Assembly: GCA_963721305.1 (NCBI GenBank)
Contig: CAVRIR010000006.1
Location: 119,224-183,223, forward strand
Length of the DNA stretch: 64,000 nt
DNA from: an uncultured Acidimicrobiia bacterium
Lineage (GTDB): Bacteria > Actinomycetota > Acidimicrobiia > Acidimicrobiales > JACDCH01
Reading direction: 5' to 3'
Part shown: in pieces, positions 37,566 to 59,547 of the stretch
How positions within the stretch are numbered: the stretch's first letter is position 1
Layout of the letters: the number at the start of each line of letters is the position of its first letter
The notes under the pieces: generated by a model
Databases searched by the model: none
Told to the model about the DNA's origin: nothing
Seen by the model: the letters and a program-made list of their open reading frames with translations, nothing else
Program-made: the position numbers and the translations under genes

Positions 37566-37815
37566 GCCCCAAGCATGCCGCCACCACGGCGCGAGCCCGG
37601 GTACGCCGAAGCGTGCCCCTGCGGTTGCCCGGCGGGAAGCGCTACGGGAGCGCTTCGAAGCCCCCGAACCCGGTCCGCGACCAGCTTCGTACCGTCCGTT
37701 GCGACTCGACCACGATTCCCGGAATGCTGTTGTCGAGGTCTGTGGGGCGGCCCGCCCGCCCGAACGCCGCTCGTGCGTCGACCGGACCCGCTATCGAGAG
37801 CTACTGGAGGTCCGC

Positions 37816-38247
37816 ATGGCCCGCATCGTGGTGGGTGTCGATGATTCGCTCGGAGGCCGCGCTGCGCTGTCGTGGGCATTTGATGAAGCAGCGCTTCGTC
37901 ATGCGACCCTGGAGGTTGTTCACGCCTGGAGCATGCCGTTGTGGGAGGGCTGGAACAGCGAGTGGCCTGCCGACGAGGCCTCGTTCCGGGACGAGGCTCA
38001 CCAACTGGTGGACAAGTTGGTCGCGGAATGCTGCGACACGGCTTCCCCGGTCGAGATCGTTCCGGTGCAGCTCCTGTGCGAAGGACCGGCGTTCGGTCTC
38101 GTGGCACAGTCCCGAACAGCCGATCTGCTGGTCGTCGGATCCCGTGGCCGGGGCGGATTCAAGGGGCTGCTGCTGGGCTCGGTGAGCACACAGTGCGTGC
38201 ACCACGCGACATGTCCGGTGGTCGTCATACCGAGTCCCAGCGACTGA
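37816..38247 (+). CDS. Universal stress protein (UspA family)
   Basis: ATG 37816 is preceded by GGAGG. Motifs include 'IVVGVDDSLGGRAALSWA', 'LLVVGSRGRGGFKGLLLGSVS' and 'CPVVVI'. Confidence 0.85.
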   Translation: MARIVVGVDDSLGGRAALSWAFDEAALRHATLEVVHAWSMPLWEGWNSEWPADEASFRDEAHQLVDKLVAECCDTASPVEIVPVQLLCEGPAFGLVAQSRTADLLVVGSRGRGGFKGLLLGSVSTQCVHHATCPVVVIPSPSD

Positions 38248-38315
38248 GTCCGCGACTGAACCCCCGCAGGTCCGATGACTGCTTGGGTGGTTGCGTCATC
38301 GGCTCCCGAGTCGAG

Positions 38316-39096
38316 CTACGCGGCGACGATGTCGATGGGGCTGCCGACGGGAACCGGTCGGAGCTGTGCCAGGTCTGACTCGTGGAGGCGGATGCAGCCG
38401 TGGGAGACGGCGGCGCCGGTCGTGGCGATCTGGCTGTCGGAGCCGAGTGGACCGTGAAGCGCGATCAGGGCGTCGCCCGAGTTCTCCCAGTCGGTGATGG
38501 TGTTCGAGTGGGCGGACGTCACCATGACGAACGCGCCGTAGCCGGGGCTTGGCGGGGCGGCCAAGAGCGCGACGAAGTACTGCCCCGTCGGAGTCGGGTA
38601 CGCGGGTAGACCGGTGCCCACCGGGGCCGAGAAGACGGGCTGGCCGTCGCGATAGAGCGTGAGGTGCCTGGTCGCCAGGTCGACCACGATCCGGTAGGGC
38701 GTGACCGCGGTGTCGACGTCAGCGTCGCGCACCCACGCGGTCGAACCATTGGGTCGTTGGGCCAGTCGCACCTCGAACCAGCCCGGTTGCTGCGCTATGA
38801 CGGGCAGGGTCGACGGGGCGCCGAGCCACGTAGCCGGCACTGTGCCGGCCGTCGGACCACCGGGTGACGCGAAGGAAGGGATGTCGCCTCGCGCCGTCGC
38901 CACCAACGTCGAGTCGGCGGGCGCCGACGCGGGACTCGCCGAGGCCGCCGCGGTCGTCCCCGCGGTCGGCGCCGCCGTCGCGGTCGTCGGTGCCGGGCGT
39001 GGAGCCGACGCGTGCTTGCCGGACTTGCTGCAGGCCGGCAACAGCAGACCGACGGCCAGCGCGGTCACGACGGCAACGCGGTACCGCCACTTCATG
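38316..39096 (-). CDS. L,D-transpeptidase (YkuD-domain) lipoprotein
   Basis: ATG 39096 overlaps the upstream stop (ATGA). It has signal/lipobox 'MKWRYRVAVVTALAVGLLLPAC' and an Ala/Thr/Pro linker. The YkuD domain carries the catalytic motif 'HG...........SHGCIRL'. Confidence 0.85.
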
Positions 39097-39562
39097 TCGC
39101 CAGGGACTGCCGGATGACACAGGTCAGGTCCTTCTGCCCCGGCACGGCGCCGCCGACCGACCAGTTCGCGGTGGCTTGCGGCGCGACCGGCGGGACCGTG
39201 ACAACTCTGGTCGCCATGACGGTGTCGCCGGGCATGGTGATGAAGTCGACCACGATCGAATAGCCCCGAGAATCGGCCGTCGAGTTGGTCACCGTGCCCG
39301 CGAACGACCATCCGTTCGCGCCGCCGTCGACACACGCTCCGGGCATGACGTCTCCGCGGGCGTTCTTCGCCGGGTCGTACTCGGGCACGACCACCGATGT
39401 CGATGTCGTCGTGGCGCCGATCGACTGCGCGCCAGCGCGGCTGGTTGTCGTCGTGGCGCTGCTCGACGCGGAGTGCGATCCGCCGCCGGTGCAGCTGGTC
39501 AGCGCGAGGGCCAGCGCGAGGGCGACCACGATGGCCGGCGGGGAGTGGAGGTTGTTGTTCAC
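39092..39562 (-). CDS. Hypothetical lipoprotein
   Basis: GTG 39562 lies 18 nt after the repeat-gene stop. The signal/lipobox is 'PPAIVVALALALALTSC', followed by a Ser/Thr linker and a ~100-aa beta-rich domain. It is translationally coupled to the L,D-transpeptidase gene. No family was recognised. Confidence 0.55.
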   Translation of the reverse strand: MNNNLHSPPAIVVALALALALTSCTGGGSHSASSSATTTTSRAGAQSIGATTTSTSVVVPEYDPAKNARGDVMPGACVDGGANGWSFAGTVTNSTADSRGYSIVVDFITMPGDTVMATRVVTVPPVAPQATANWSVGGAVPGQKDLTCVIRQSLAT

Positions 39563-39582
39563 GACTTTGCGCCTACCGATCA

Positions 39583-51045
<11,463 letters not shown>

Positions 51046-52561
51046 CGTGCAGGTCTGCACGCTCGACGAGTTGTTGTCTGCGTTCGGATCAGCCTCGTTG
51101 CCGGTCACCGTGGCGGTGTTCGTGACGCAGGTGCCGTTGGTGGAGGGTGCCCTGCCGCTCAGCGTGATCGTGAAGGTGCCACCGTTCGCCAGCGCCGCCT
51201 CGGCGCACTGGACGTTGTTGCCGGCGACCGTGCAGCCGGGGGTGGGCGAGGTCACGTTGGTCACGCCCGCCGGGACGGCATCGTTCACCGCGAAACCCGA
51301 GCTGTTGCCCGGGCCGTTGTTGGTCACCGTCAGCGTCCAGGTGATGGTGGCGCCCGGGCTGACCACAGCTGGCCCCGTCTTGGCGATGCCCATGTCCGCG
51401 GATGGCGATGTGCAAGAGGCGCCATCGTTGGCTTGCGTCGTCCGCCCCGAGTACGTCGACACGACGGTGAACGTCGGGTTGACGCTCGCCGGGTTCGTGA
51501 CGGCGATCTGGTACACGTTGCCGTTGCCGTTGCTGGCGAACGTGAGGTTGCCGTTGCCCAGGGTCCACGCCGCCCCCCAGTTGCTGTTCGGCGTGAGGCC
51601 CGACGACCGTGAACGTCCCGATCGCACCAGTGGTCAGGTTCAGCCGGTCGATGGTTCTGCTGTTGGTCTCGAGTCCCCACATGAACCCGCCGCTCGCGGT
51701 GAAGTCGGCCGGTTCCCAGGCCTGGGTGAGCGTGAGCGTCCTGGTCACCGTCCGCGTGGCGACGTCGACCTGGTACACCTTCCTGGTCGCGGTACTCCCG
51801 TTCGCGCTGACCACACCGAGCGTCACCCAGAACGTGGCCCCCGGTGCGCTGTCGTCGAACGCCCCGACGTAGTAGGCCCCTGAAGTCCCGGTCGGGTCCG
51901 GTAAACCGCTGATCGTGCCGAGATCGGTTGCTCCGCCGTTGCTGTCGATCTTCACCAGATCGTCGGTGCCGGTCTGGATGGCGTACAGGTAGTTGTCGTT
52001 GGGGTTGTAACCGACGCGCGTTGTACGACAGGGACGCCCTTGGCCCGAGCGGCGAGAAGGTCACGGAGCCGGCTCCGTAGGCGGAGGAGTACAGCTGGGT
52101 GTTGCTGTTGGCCGCAGGCGTGTTCTCCGACATGAACGCGGTCGCGGTGGCGCAGGTGAACGCTGGACCGACAGCAGCAGACGCCGGCGGAGTTGCCCCG
52201 AAGTTGGTCGCGACGGTGGTCAACACCGTCAGCGAGGCGAGGAGGGCGCGGGCCAAGACCGCGCGCCGATGAGGTCGCAGTCGCGGTCGCCCCGTCATGG
52301 GCCCGCTAGGCGGGGAGGCCTCGGCGAACGACGTCCTGCTCTCGTCGGCACGGGCGCTCGTCGTGCCGGAGCGCAATTCATCAAGAAGGGAGGATAATCA
52401 CCCAAACCGCGCGTGTCATCGACGGAGTCGAACCCACCTCATACGGTGGTCGGCGACAAACCGAGACCCTGCAACCCTGCGATCCTGCGGCGAGTCAAGC
52501 GTCGTGGCTCGACAACCGGTGTCAACCGGCCCGGGCGGGACGCCGGCGATGACGGTCTGTG

Positions 52562-55305
52562 TCAGTGTGCGGGTTCCTGCGCGGCGTGCTCCCGGCGACG
52601 CAGGACGAGCTTCGTGATCTCCTCGACCGCGATGAGGCCGGCCGCGAGCAGGAGGCAGACGAGCCACTGCCCACCCGTGAGCGAGGTGGTGCCGAGGATC
52701 CGCTGCAGGAAGCTCAGCTCGGTGGCGAGGATCGATCGCGACGAGCGTGCCGCCGTAGAGCGTCAGCTGCCGTCGGTCCGACACGAGATCGCGGGTGAAC
52801 AGCGTGCGAGTCTGGCTGCGGGCGCTCAAGCCAAGGGCGACATTGAGCAGCGAGAACACGGTGACGGCCATGGAGGTCGCCACCAGCGCGTCGGTCCAGC
52901 CCTCGAACGCGTCGCGCACCCAGAGGGTGGCCACCGCCATGAGCACACCAAGGACCACGGCTCGGACCCACTGCGAGCACGTTGAGCACGGGCTCCGCAA
53001 GCGGTCGAGGTCTGCGATCCATGAGGCCCGGCAGGGGCTTGTCGAACCCGAGTGCGATGGCGATCGGAACTTGCACGACGAAGTTGATCCAGAGGACCGC
53101 CAGCGGGGAGAACGGGATGCCGTCGGCGATCGAGAAGATCGCGGCACCGAGGAACGTGGCGATGAAGCCGACCAGGGCCGCCATCTGGAACCGGATGTAC
53201 TTCGAGAGGTTGTCGTAGAGCTCGCGGCCGTACTCGACCGCCCGCACGATGGTGGCGAAGTTGTCGTCGGTGAGGATCATCACCGCGGCGTCCTTCGACA
53301 CCTCCGTCCCCGTGATCCCCATGGCCACACCGATGTCGGCCTTCTTGAGGGCGGGGGCGTCGTTCACGCCGTCCCCGGTCATGGCCACGATGTTGCTCTG
53401 CATCTGGAGCGAGTGGACGAGCCGGATCTTGTCCTCGGGCGCCACCCGGGCCACCACCCCGATCTCGGGCAACTGCGCCGCGAGTTCCTCGTCGGTCAGG
53501 GCAGCGAACTCGGCACCGGTGAGGGCCCGCCCCCCGATGCCCAACTCCTTGCCGATGGCGGCCGCGGTCACCGCGTGGTCGCCGGTGATCATTCGCACCT
53601 CGATGCCGGCGCTGTGGCACTTGGCGATGGCCTCCTTCGCCTCGGCCCGAGGCGGGTCGACGATGCCGATCATGGCGATGATCGTCACGTCCTTCACCAT
53701 GCCGATGAGATCGGCCTTGGGATCGAACTGACCCGGGTCGAAGTCGCGTCGAGCCACCACCATGACCCGTTCACCCGACGCGGCCATCCGCTCGTTCTCG
53801 GCCAGCGCGGCCGCGCGATGGTCGGCCGCGACGTCGCGGACCTCACCGTCGGGCGACCAAAAGGTGCTCGACCGATCGATGAGCACGTCAGGCGCGCCCT
53901 TCACGAAGCAGCGCACCACATCGCGGCCCGCTCGGTCCTTCATGTTGTGGAACGTCGCCATGAACTTGTACTCGGAGTCGAACGGCACCTCCGCGATCCG
54001 GGGATAGCGCTCGCGGGTCGTGTCGAGATCGAGTCCGCCCTTGGCGGCGAGCACGATGAGCGCGCCCTCGGTCGGGTCGCCGATCAGGTCGCCCGCGTCG
54101 TCCAGCCGGGCATCAGCGCACAGGGCCATCGGCAACAGTGCGTCGTCGAGGTCGAACTCGAGGCCTCCGTCGTGGCGGATCTCGCCGGTGGTGGCATAGC
54201 CCTCGCCGCTGATGCTGAACCGGTTGCGGCCCGGCACGACCAGCTCGCGTGCGGTCATCTTGTTGAGCGTGAGCGTGCCGGTCTTGTCCGAACAGATGGC
54301 CGACACCGACCCGAGGGTCTCGACGGATGGCAATCGCTTGACGATGGCGTTGTGCTCGGCCAGCACCCGGGTGCCCATCGAGTACAGCGTCGTGACGACC
54401 GCAGGGAGGCCGGTCGGGATCGCGGAGATGGCAAGAGCCACGCCGGCGAGGAACACATCGTCGAAGGCGCGATCGTCGCGGATGCCGAGGATCACCATGG
54501 TGACGAACGCGATCCCGGCGATGCCGACGATGACCTGCGTGAGCCGGTCGAGTTGCTTCTGCAGTGGCGTCTTGTCGGCCTCTGTCTGGTTCAGCAGCGT
54601 GGCGATGTTGCCGATCTCGGTGTCCATCCCCGTGCCGGTCACGATCATCTCGCCGCGGCCGCGAGTGACGGACGTGTTCATGAACGCGAGGCACAGCCGG
54701 TCGCCGAGTCCGACATCGTCGCCTTCGATCGATGCGAGGTCCTTGAGCACGGGGGCACTCTCACCGGTGAGCGCGGCCTCTTCGATCTCGAGAGTGGCGG
54801 CCACCAGCAACCGGCCATCGGCCGGTACGCGGTTGCCCGCCTCGAACAGCACGATGTCGCCCGGCACCAGCTCGGCCGCGTCGATCTCGATCGCGGCGCC
54901 GTCGCGGCGCACGCGTGCGATGTCCTTCAACATCTTCTCGAGCGCCGCCAAACTGGCCTCTGCCTTCGCTTCCTGGCGTAGGCCCAACACCGCGTTGAAG
55001 ATGGTCAGACCGATCAGGACGATGGTGGTGCCCGTCTCACCGGTGACCACCTGGTTCACGATGGCGGCACCGACGAGGATGATCTGCATCAAGTCCTGGT
55101 ACTGACGCAGGAAGGCCTGCAGCGCCGACTCCGCCTGCTTGGCGGCGAGGACGTTGGATCCGTACTTCTCGCGTCGCCGGTCGACTTCGGCGCCGGACAG
55201 CCCTCGTGCCGGGTCGACCTCGAGCCGAGTCGCAGCCTCGTCCGGCGAGAGCTGGTACCAGCGCACGCGCGCCTGTTCAGTGGTGACCGGGGCGACGCTG
55301 CTCAT
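52562..55305 (-). pseudogene. Ca2+-type (type IIA-like) cation-transporting P-type ATPase with two frameshifts near the 3' end
   Basis: ATG 55305 overlaps the arcB stop (ATGA). Motifs include 'TGESAPV', 'CSDKTGTLTLNKM', 'MITGDHAVTAAAIG' and 'TGDGVNDAPALKKADIGVAMG'. After '...MDRRPRPLAEPVLN' the sense continues in a second frame ('QWVRAVVLGVLMAVATLWV...RRQLTLYGGTLVAI', shift ~52975-52990). It then moves to a third frame ('ILATELSFLQRILGTTSLTGGQWLVCLLLAAGLIAVEEITKLVLRRREHAAQEPAH*', shift ~52729-52738, stop 52562). Confidence 0.8.
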
Positions 55306-56306
55306 GAGCCGAGCGTCGCGACCAGGATGGCCTTGATGGTGTGCAATCGGTTCTCGGCCTGGTCGAACACGATGCTCGCGGGAGACTCGAACACCTCGCC
55401 GGTGACCTCGAGGCCAGAGCTCATGCCGGTGTGTTCCATCATCTCGCGCCCGACCGTCGTGTTGGGGTCGTGGAATGCGGGCAGGCAATGCATGAACTTC
55501 ACCTTGGGGTTGCCGGTCTTGCCGAGCAGCGTCGAGTTCACCTGGTAGGCGCGAAGCAGATCGACGCGCTCGGTCCACACGTTCTTGGGTTCGCCCATCG
55601 AGACCCACACGTCGGTGTGGACGAAGTCGACGCCCGAGACACCTTCGTCCGTGTCGTCGGTGATGGTGATGCGGGCGCCGGTCCGCCCTGCGATCTCGTT
55701 GGCGATCTCGACCACCTCCTTGGACGGCCACAGCTCCTTGGGTCCGACCAAGCGCACGTCACTGCCCATGAGGGCGCCGGTGACCAACAACGAACGGCCC
55801 ATGTTGAACCGACAGTCCCCGACGAAGGCGTAGGTGAGGGCGTCGTACGGCTTGCCACTCGCCTCGTGCATGGTGAGGAAGTCGGCCAGCATCTGTGTGG
55901 GATGCCACTCGTCGGTGAGACCGTTGTACACGGGGATGCCTGCGTACTCCGCGAGCGCCTCCACGTCGTCTTGCTTGTTCCCGCGGTATTCGATCGCGTC
56001 GTACATGCGACCGAGCACTCGGGCGGTGTCGGCGACTGACTCCTTGTGGCCCATCTGCGATCCGGATGGATCGAGGTAGGTCACATGCGCCCCTTGGTCG
56101 AACGCGGCGACCTCGAACGCCGAGCGCGTTCGGGTGGACGTCTTCTCGAAGATCAGCGCGATCTCTCGCCCCTCGAGCCGTTGCGCCTCCGTGCCTGCAT
56201 ACTTCGCTGTCTTCAGGGCCTCGGACAGCTGCAACAGGAAGCGCAGCTCACGGGGCTCGAAGTCGATCTCCTTGACGAAGCTGCGGTTTCTGAGATTGAA
56301 CGCCAT
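55302..56306 (-). CDS. arcB: Ornithine carbamoyltransferase (catabolic arcB / argF type)
   Basis: ATG 56306 ([10 protein letters not shown]...). Motifs include the carbamoyl-phosphate site '[13 protein letters not shown]', '[11 protein letters not shown]', 'DVWVSMG' and 'FMHCLPAFH'. Confidence 0.9.
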   Translation of the reverse strand: MAFNLRNRSFVKEIDFEPRELRFLLQLSEALKTAKYAGTEAQRLEGREIALIFEKTSTRTRSAFEVAAFDQGAHVTYLDPSGSQMGHKESVADTARVLGRMYDAIEYRGNKQDDVEALAEYAGIPVYNGLTDEWHPTQMLADFLTMHEASGKPYDALTYAFVGDCRFNMGRSLLVTGALMGSDVRLVGPKELWPSKEVVEIANEIAGRTGARITITDDTDEGVSGVDFVHTDVWVSMGEPKNVWTERVDLLRAYQVNSTLLGKTGNPKVKFMHCLPAFHDPNTTVGREMMEHTGMSSGLEVTGEVFESPASIVFDQAENRLHTIKAILVATLGS

Positions 56307-56540
56307 CACACACTTCCTTGGTTCGCTTCGGGCTCGGCGAGCAACACACCATCCACGTCGGTGGCGATACGCGTCCCCGCACTGCCAGCGAGCATCGCGT
56401 CGATGTCGACGAGCGGCGCAAACGGCTTCTCGCCGAGGGCGACCACCACGCGCCCGGTGTACTTGCGCTGCAAATCGTAGGCCCTCGCTGCCCCGCCAAT
56501 GACCATGGCGAGGGATGTTCCCGTTCCGGCTGTGCGTGCA
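56306..56540 (-). pseudogene. 3' remnant (~75 codons) of a second carbamate kinase gene
   Basis: '[10 protein letters not shown]...[27 protein letters not shown]' aligns with the C-terminus of the intact ArcC ('[10 protein letters not shown]...[27 protein letters not shown]'), with 13 of the last 27 positions identical. The stop overlaps the arcB start (gtgTGATGgcg). No kinase sequence lies upstream of ~56540. Confidence 0.45.
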
Positions 56541-56592
56541 TTAGGAAAGAGGAGCGCGGCGCGGCCGGAACGGCTGTGAAAGGGGTCTACGC

Positions 56593-56958
56593 GTGGTCGA
56601 TACCGCTTCCAAGATCAAGGGGCTTCGATTCGCAAGGGTGGTCGTGTGGCTCGCGTACGCGTATTTCATCGCGGCGACGATCATCCTTGTGTTCGCCTTC
56701 TTCCTGCTGCTGTTCAACGCGAGCACCGACGCATCGTTCACGCAGTGGGTGTACCGGAGCGCGAACCGGGTCCTCGAGCCGTTCCGCGGGATCTTCCCCA
56801 CGGTCACGAACGGCAACGGCTCGGTCATCGACTTCGCCGTCGTCTTCGCGATCATCATGTACGGGATCCTCGCTCTGGTCGTCCACGCGCTGGTGTCGTG
56901 GCTCGACCGTCAGATCGTCCGCAACCAGGCCGCCATGAGAGCAATCGAGCCAGCCTGA
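56593..56958 (+). CDS. YggT-family small membrane protein
   Basis: 121 aa with a GTG start. It has two TM helices flanking 'RVLEPFRGIFPTVTNGNGSVIDFAVVFAIIMYGIL', which fits the YggT 'L.P.R..iP..gG.iD.S' pattern. Confidence 0.55.
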   Translation: MVDTASKIKGLRFARVVVWLAYAYFIAATIILVFAFFLLLFNASTDASFTQWVYRSANRVLEPFRGIFPTVTNGNGSVIDFAVVFAIIMYGILALVVHALVSWLDRQIVRNQAAMRAIEPA

Positions 56959-56974
56959 CTCGCCGGCTCTCAGC

Positions 56975-58213
56975 GTGACCGCACACGATACGAGCGAGCT
57001 GCAGACATTCATCGTCGAGTTGGGCGCCGCGTTGAACGACTCGGGCCAGCCGGTGCAGTCCGTGCAGGAACAACTCATGTCGGTGGCTCGTGCGTACGGC
57101 GTGGGGTCCGCGAGGATCAGCGCTTTCCCGACCTACATGATCGTGAGCATGGGGCAAGGCGAGCCGGCAACGCTCGAGTTGACGGTCTCGCTGGCCACGT
57201 TTCCGCGACTCGATCAGATCGCGGCACTCGACGACTTGGTCCGGGCTGCGGCCCAGGGCGCGATCACGCCATGGGAAGGACTGGTACGGCTCGACGAGAT
57301 CCGAGATCTCCGCCCGCGGTTCGGCCGGGCGCAAACCATTCTCGGCTACGCCGTGCTCTCCGTCGGACTCTGCCTCATCCTGCACCCGGCCCGTGAGGAG
57401 GTCGCCGCGGCGGCGGTGTTCGGCGCCCTGGTCGGGTTGCTGCGGTCCGTCGGCCGCAACCAACCCCAGCTGCAGATCCTGATGCCGGTCCTCGCGGCGT
57501 TCACGGTGTCGGCGCTCGCGGCACTTGCGGTCAGGACCGATGTCGCGCATCCCGGACTCCGCGCCTTGGTTGCGTCCCTGGTGGTTTTCCTGCCCGGCGC
57601 CGCGCTCACCACTGCGGTGCTCGAGCTGGCCGCCGGCCAGATGATCTCGGGCTCGAGCCGGTTGATCTCGGGCGTGATGCAGCTCGGACTTCTCGCGTTC
57701 GGCATCGTCGCCGGCATACAGGCCGTCGGCGTTTCGTCAGCCGTCGTGCTCGCCGGACCGAGCTCGTCAGTGAGCGCATGGGCGTCGTGGCTCGGTGTGT
57801 TGCTCTTCGCCGTCGGCGTGACGGTGGCCGACTCCGCGCCGACCAGATCGTTCCCCGCTCTTGTCGCGATCCTGTTCGCGGCGTGGATCGGCCAACTCAT
57901 CGGCAATGCCCTGTTCGGCGGCTATGTCAGCGCGCTGGTCGGAGCGCTCGTCATGACGTGCGTGGCGCACTGGATCTCGGTCCGCTTCCGGTCCGCAATG
58001 CCACCGTACGCATCGTTTCTGCCCGGGTTCTGGTTGCTCGTGCCTGGCGCGCTCGGTCTGATCGGGCTGACGAAGCTGGCAAGCGACGTCGACACGGCTG
58101 GCGTGCAGGACCTCGCCGCGACCGCGATCTCGGTCTTCGCGGTGGCCATCGGCGTGCTGTTCGGCACGTTGCTCTTGGACCTGAGCGCGTACGCCCGCGG
58201 TCGTCACCGTTGA
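56975..58213 (+). CDS. Threonine/serine exporter (ThrE) family membrane protein
   Basis: 412 aa with a GTG start. The N-terminal soluble-like region 'LQTFIVELGAALNDSGQPVQSVQEQLMSVARAYG' is followed by ~10 TM helices. This architecture is typical of fused DUF1212+DUF3815 ThrE proteins. Confidence 0.7.
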   Translation: MTAHDTSELQTFIVELGAALNDSGQPVQSVQEQLMSVARAYGVGSARISAFPTYMIVSMGQGEPATLELTVSLATFPRLDQIAALDDLVRAAAQGAITPWEGLVRLDEIRDLRPRFGRAQTILGYAVLSVGLCLILHPAREEVAAAAVFGALVGLLRSVGRNQPQLQILMPVLAAFTVSALAALAVRTDVAHPGLRALVASLVVFLPGAALTTAVLELAAGQMISGSSRLISGVMQLGLLAFGIVAGIQAVGVSSAVVLAGPSSSVSAWASWLGVLLFAVGVTVADSAPTRSFPALVAILFAAWIGQLIGNALFGGYVSALVGALVMTCVAHWISVRFRSAMPPYASFLPGFWLLVPGALGLIGLTKLASDVDTAGVQDLAATAISVFAVAIGVLFGTLLLDLSAYARGRHR

Positions 58214-58297
58214 TGTGGGCCCGAACTGTCGGGCTCATCTGGTGACAGGTCGCCGTCGGCAGGCAAGACCGCGCAGTCTGCGCTCAGGGTGTCGGGT

Positions 58298-59518
58298 TCA
58301 AAACGCCGGGTCCCGCTCGAGCGGGCAGGTCATGCAATGCGACCCGCCTCGGCCGCGACCGAGTTCGAAGCCTTCGATGGTGATGACTTCGATGCCGGCC
58401 TTGCGCAGCGCGGTGTTGGTGCCGGTGTTGCGCTCGTAGGCGACGACCACGCCGGGTTCGAGGGCGACCACGTTGTTGCCGTCGTCCCACTGCTCCCGCT
58501 GGGCCTCGAACTGATCGCCTCCGGTCTCGATGACCCGCATCGTGCCCACCCCGAGCGCTCTCGCCATGATCTCGGGGAGCGAGCCGTTCTGTTCCTCCAC
58601 GACCAGATCTTCGGCCGAGTCGCCGGCCCTGACCTCCCATACCCGGGCGCCGCCGATCACGGTCGGGAACAGTGTCACCAGATCGCGATCACACATGGTG
58701 ATGACGGTGTCGAGGTGCATGTAGCTGCGCGACTTGGGCAGGTGCACGGCGAGCACCGACGTCGCGGAGCCGGCGCGGAACAGCGACCGTGCGATCCACA
58801 GCACGGCCTGCGGCGTGGTGCGCTCCCCCATGCCGATCATGACCGCCCCGTTGCCGATGGGCTGCACGTCGCCGCCCTCGACATGGGCTCGGCCCCAGTC
58901 CTCGTCGGAGCCGCCGAGCCAGATCGGGAACTGCTCGGCCGCGAACATCGGGTGGAACCGGTAGATGGTCTCCATGATCATCGTCTCGGGCTTGCGCGCC
59001 GGTTTCGTCATGGGGTTGAGCGTGACGCCGTCATAGATCCAGCACGATGGGTCGCGTTGGAACAGGAAGTTGGGCAGAGGCGGCAGCAGCATGCTCGTGG
59101 GGTCCGCCGACTCGTACACCAGGCCGACGTCGTGTTCGACATCTTGCTTCGCGATGCCGCCGATCAAGAAGTCCGCCACCAGCGCCGGGTCGGCCGCCTC
59201 AGCCCAGGCGCGGGCTTGTTGCGCCGCGACGATGCCCACCTCGCGTTCGTTGAGGATGTGCTCCGCCACCCACTCCTTCGCCTCCGGCTTGACCAGGGCT
59301 TCGGCGAGAAGCTGCTCGGCTTCGAACACGTCGACCCCGCGTTCGCGCATGACTTCGCAGAAGGCGTCGTGCTCGGACTTCGCTCTGGTGACCCACAACA
59401 CGTCGTCGAAGAGAAGCTCTTCGGCGTTGGACGGTGTCAGTCGCAGGTGCTCGAGGCCCGGTCGGTGGACCATGACCTTGTGCAGCTTCCCGACTTCTGA
59501 ATGGACACCGAACGACAT
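58298..59518 (-). CDS. arcA: Arginine deiminase (copy 2)
   Basis: ATG 59518, 406 aa, collinear with copy 1. Long identical blocks include '[31 protein letters not shown]', '[14 protein letters not shown]', '[26 protein letters not shown]' and '[33 protein letters not shown]'. The catalytic motif is 'SHCMTCP'. Confidence 0.92.
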   Translation of the reverse strand: MSFGVHSEVGKLHKVMVHRPGLEHLRLTPSNAEELLFDDVLWVTRAKSEHDAFCEVMRERGVDVFEAEQLLAEALVKPEAKEWVAEHILNEREVGIVAAQQARAWAEAADPALVADFLIGGIAKQDVEHDVGLVYESADPTSMLLPPLPNFLFQRDPSCWIYDGVTLNPMTKPARKPETMIMETIYRFHPMFAAEQFPIWLGGSDEDWGRAHVEGGDVQPIGNGAVMIGMGERTTPQAVLWIARSLFRAGSATSVLAVHLPKSRSYMHLDTVITMCDRDLVTLFPTVIGGARVWEVRAGDSAEDLVVEEQNGSLPEIMARALGVGTMRVIETGGDQFEAQREQWDDGNNVVALEPGVVVAYERNTGTNTALRKAGIEVITIEGFELGRGRGGSHCMTCPLERDPAF

Positions 59519-59547
59519 GGGCTTCTCCTGACTGGATGCGAGATCGG

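Noticed and set aside
37566-37815. M-box riboswitch upstream of mgtA
   Set aside because: I could not find the conserved M-box core segments by eye. Only generic GC-rich hairpins are present. I kept it as a low-interest pointer, not as a feature.
52381-52420. Strong Shine-Dalgarno-like AAGGGAGGA on the plus strand suggesting a small plus-strand gene (ORF 52413..52985)
   Set aside because: The nearest in-frame start (GTG 52413) is ~20 nt from the SD-like sequence. The ORF translation is Arg/Cys-rich and antisense to the ATPase 3' end, so it more likely lies in the AT-rich promoter region of the minus-strand giant gene.
52420-52460. tRNA-like sequence (minus strand GGTGGGTTCGACTCC) suggesting a tRNA gene or an integrative-element att remnant
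   Set aside because: Only a T-loop-like heptamer is present. The flanking bases do not form a T-stem, and no acceptor, D or anticodon arms can be drawn. No integrase or direct repeat is nearby.
52795-54981. 728-aa plus-strand ORF, together with the similar 59536..61089 and 61034..62617 plus-strand ORFs
   Set aside because: All three are antisense to well-supported transporter/ATPase genes with canonical motifs. Their translations are dominated by R/H/D/G/E runs with no family resemblance.
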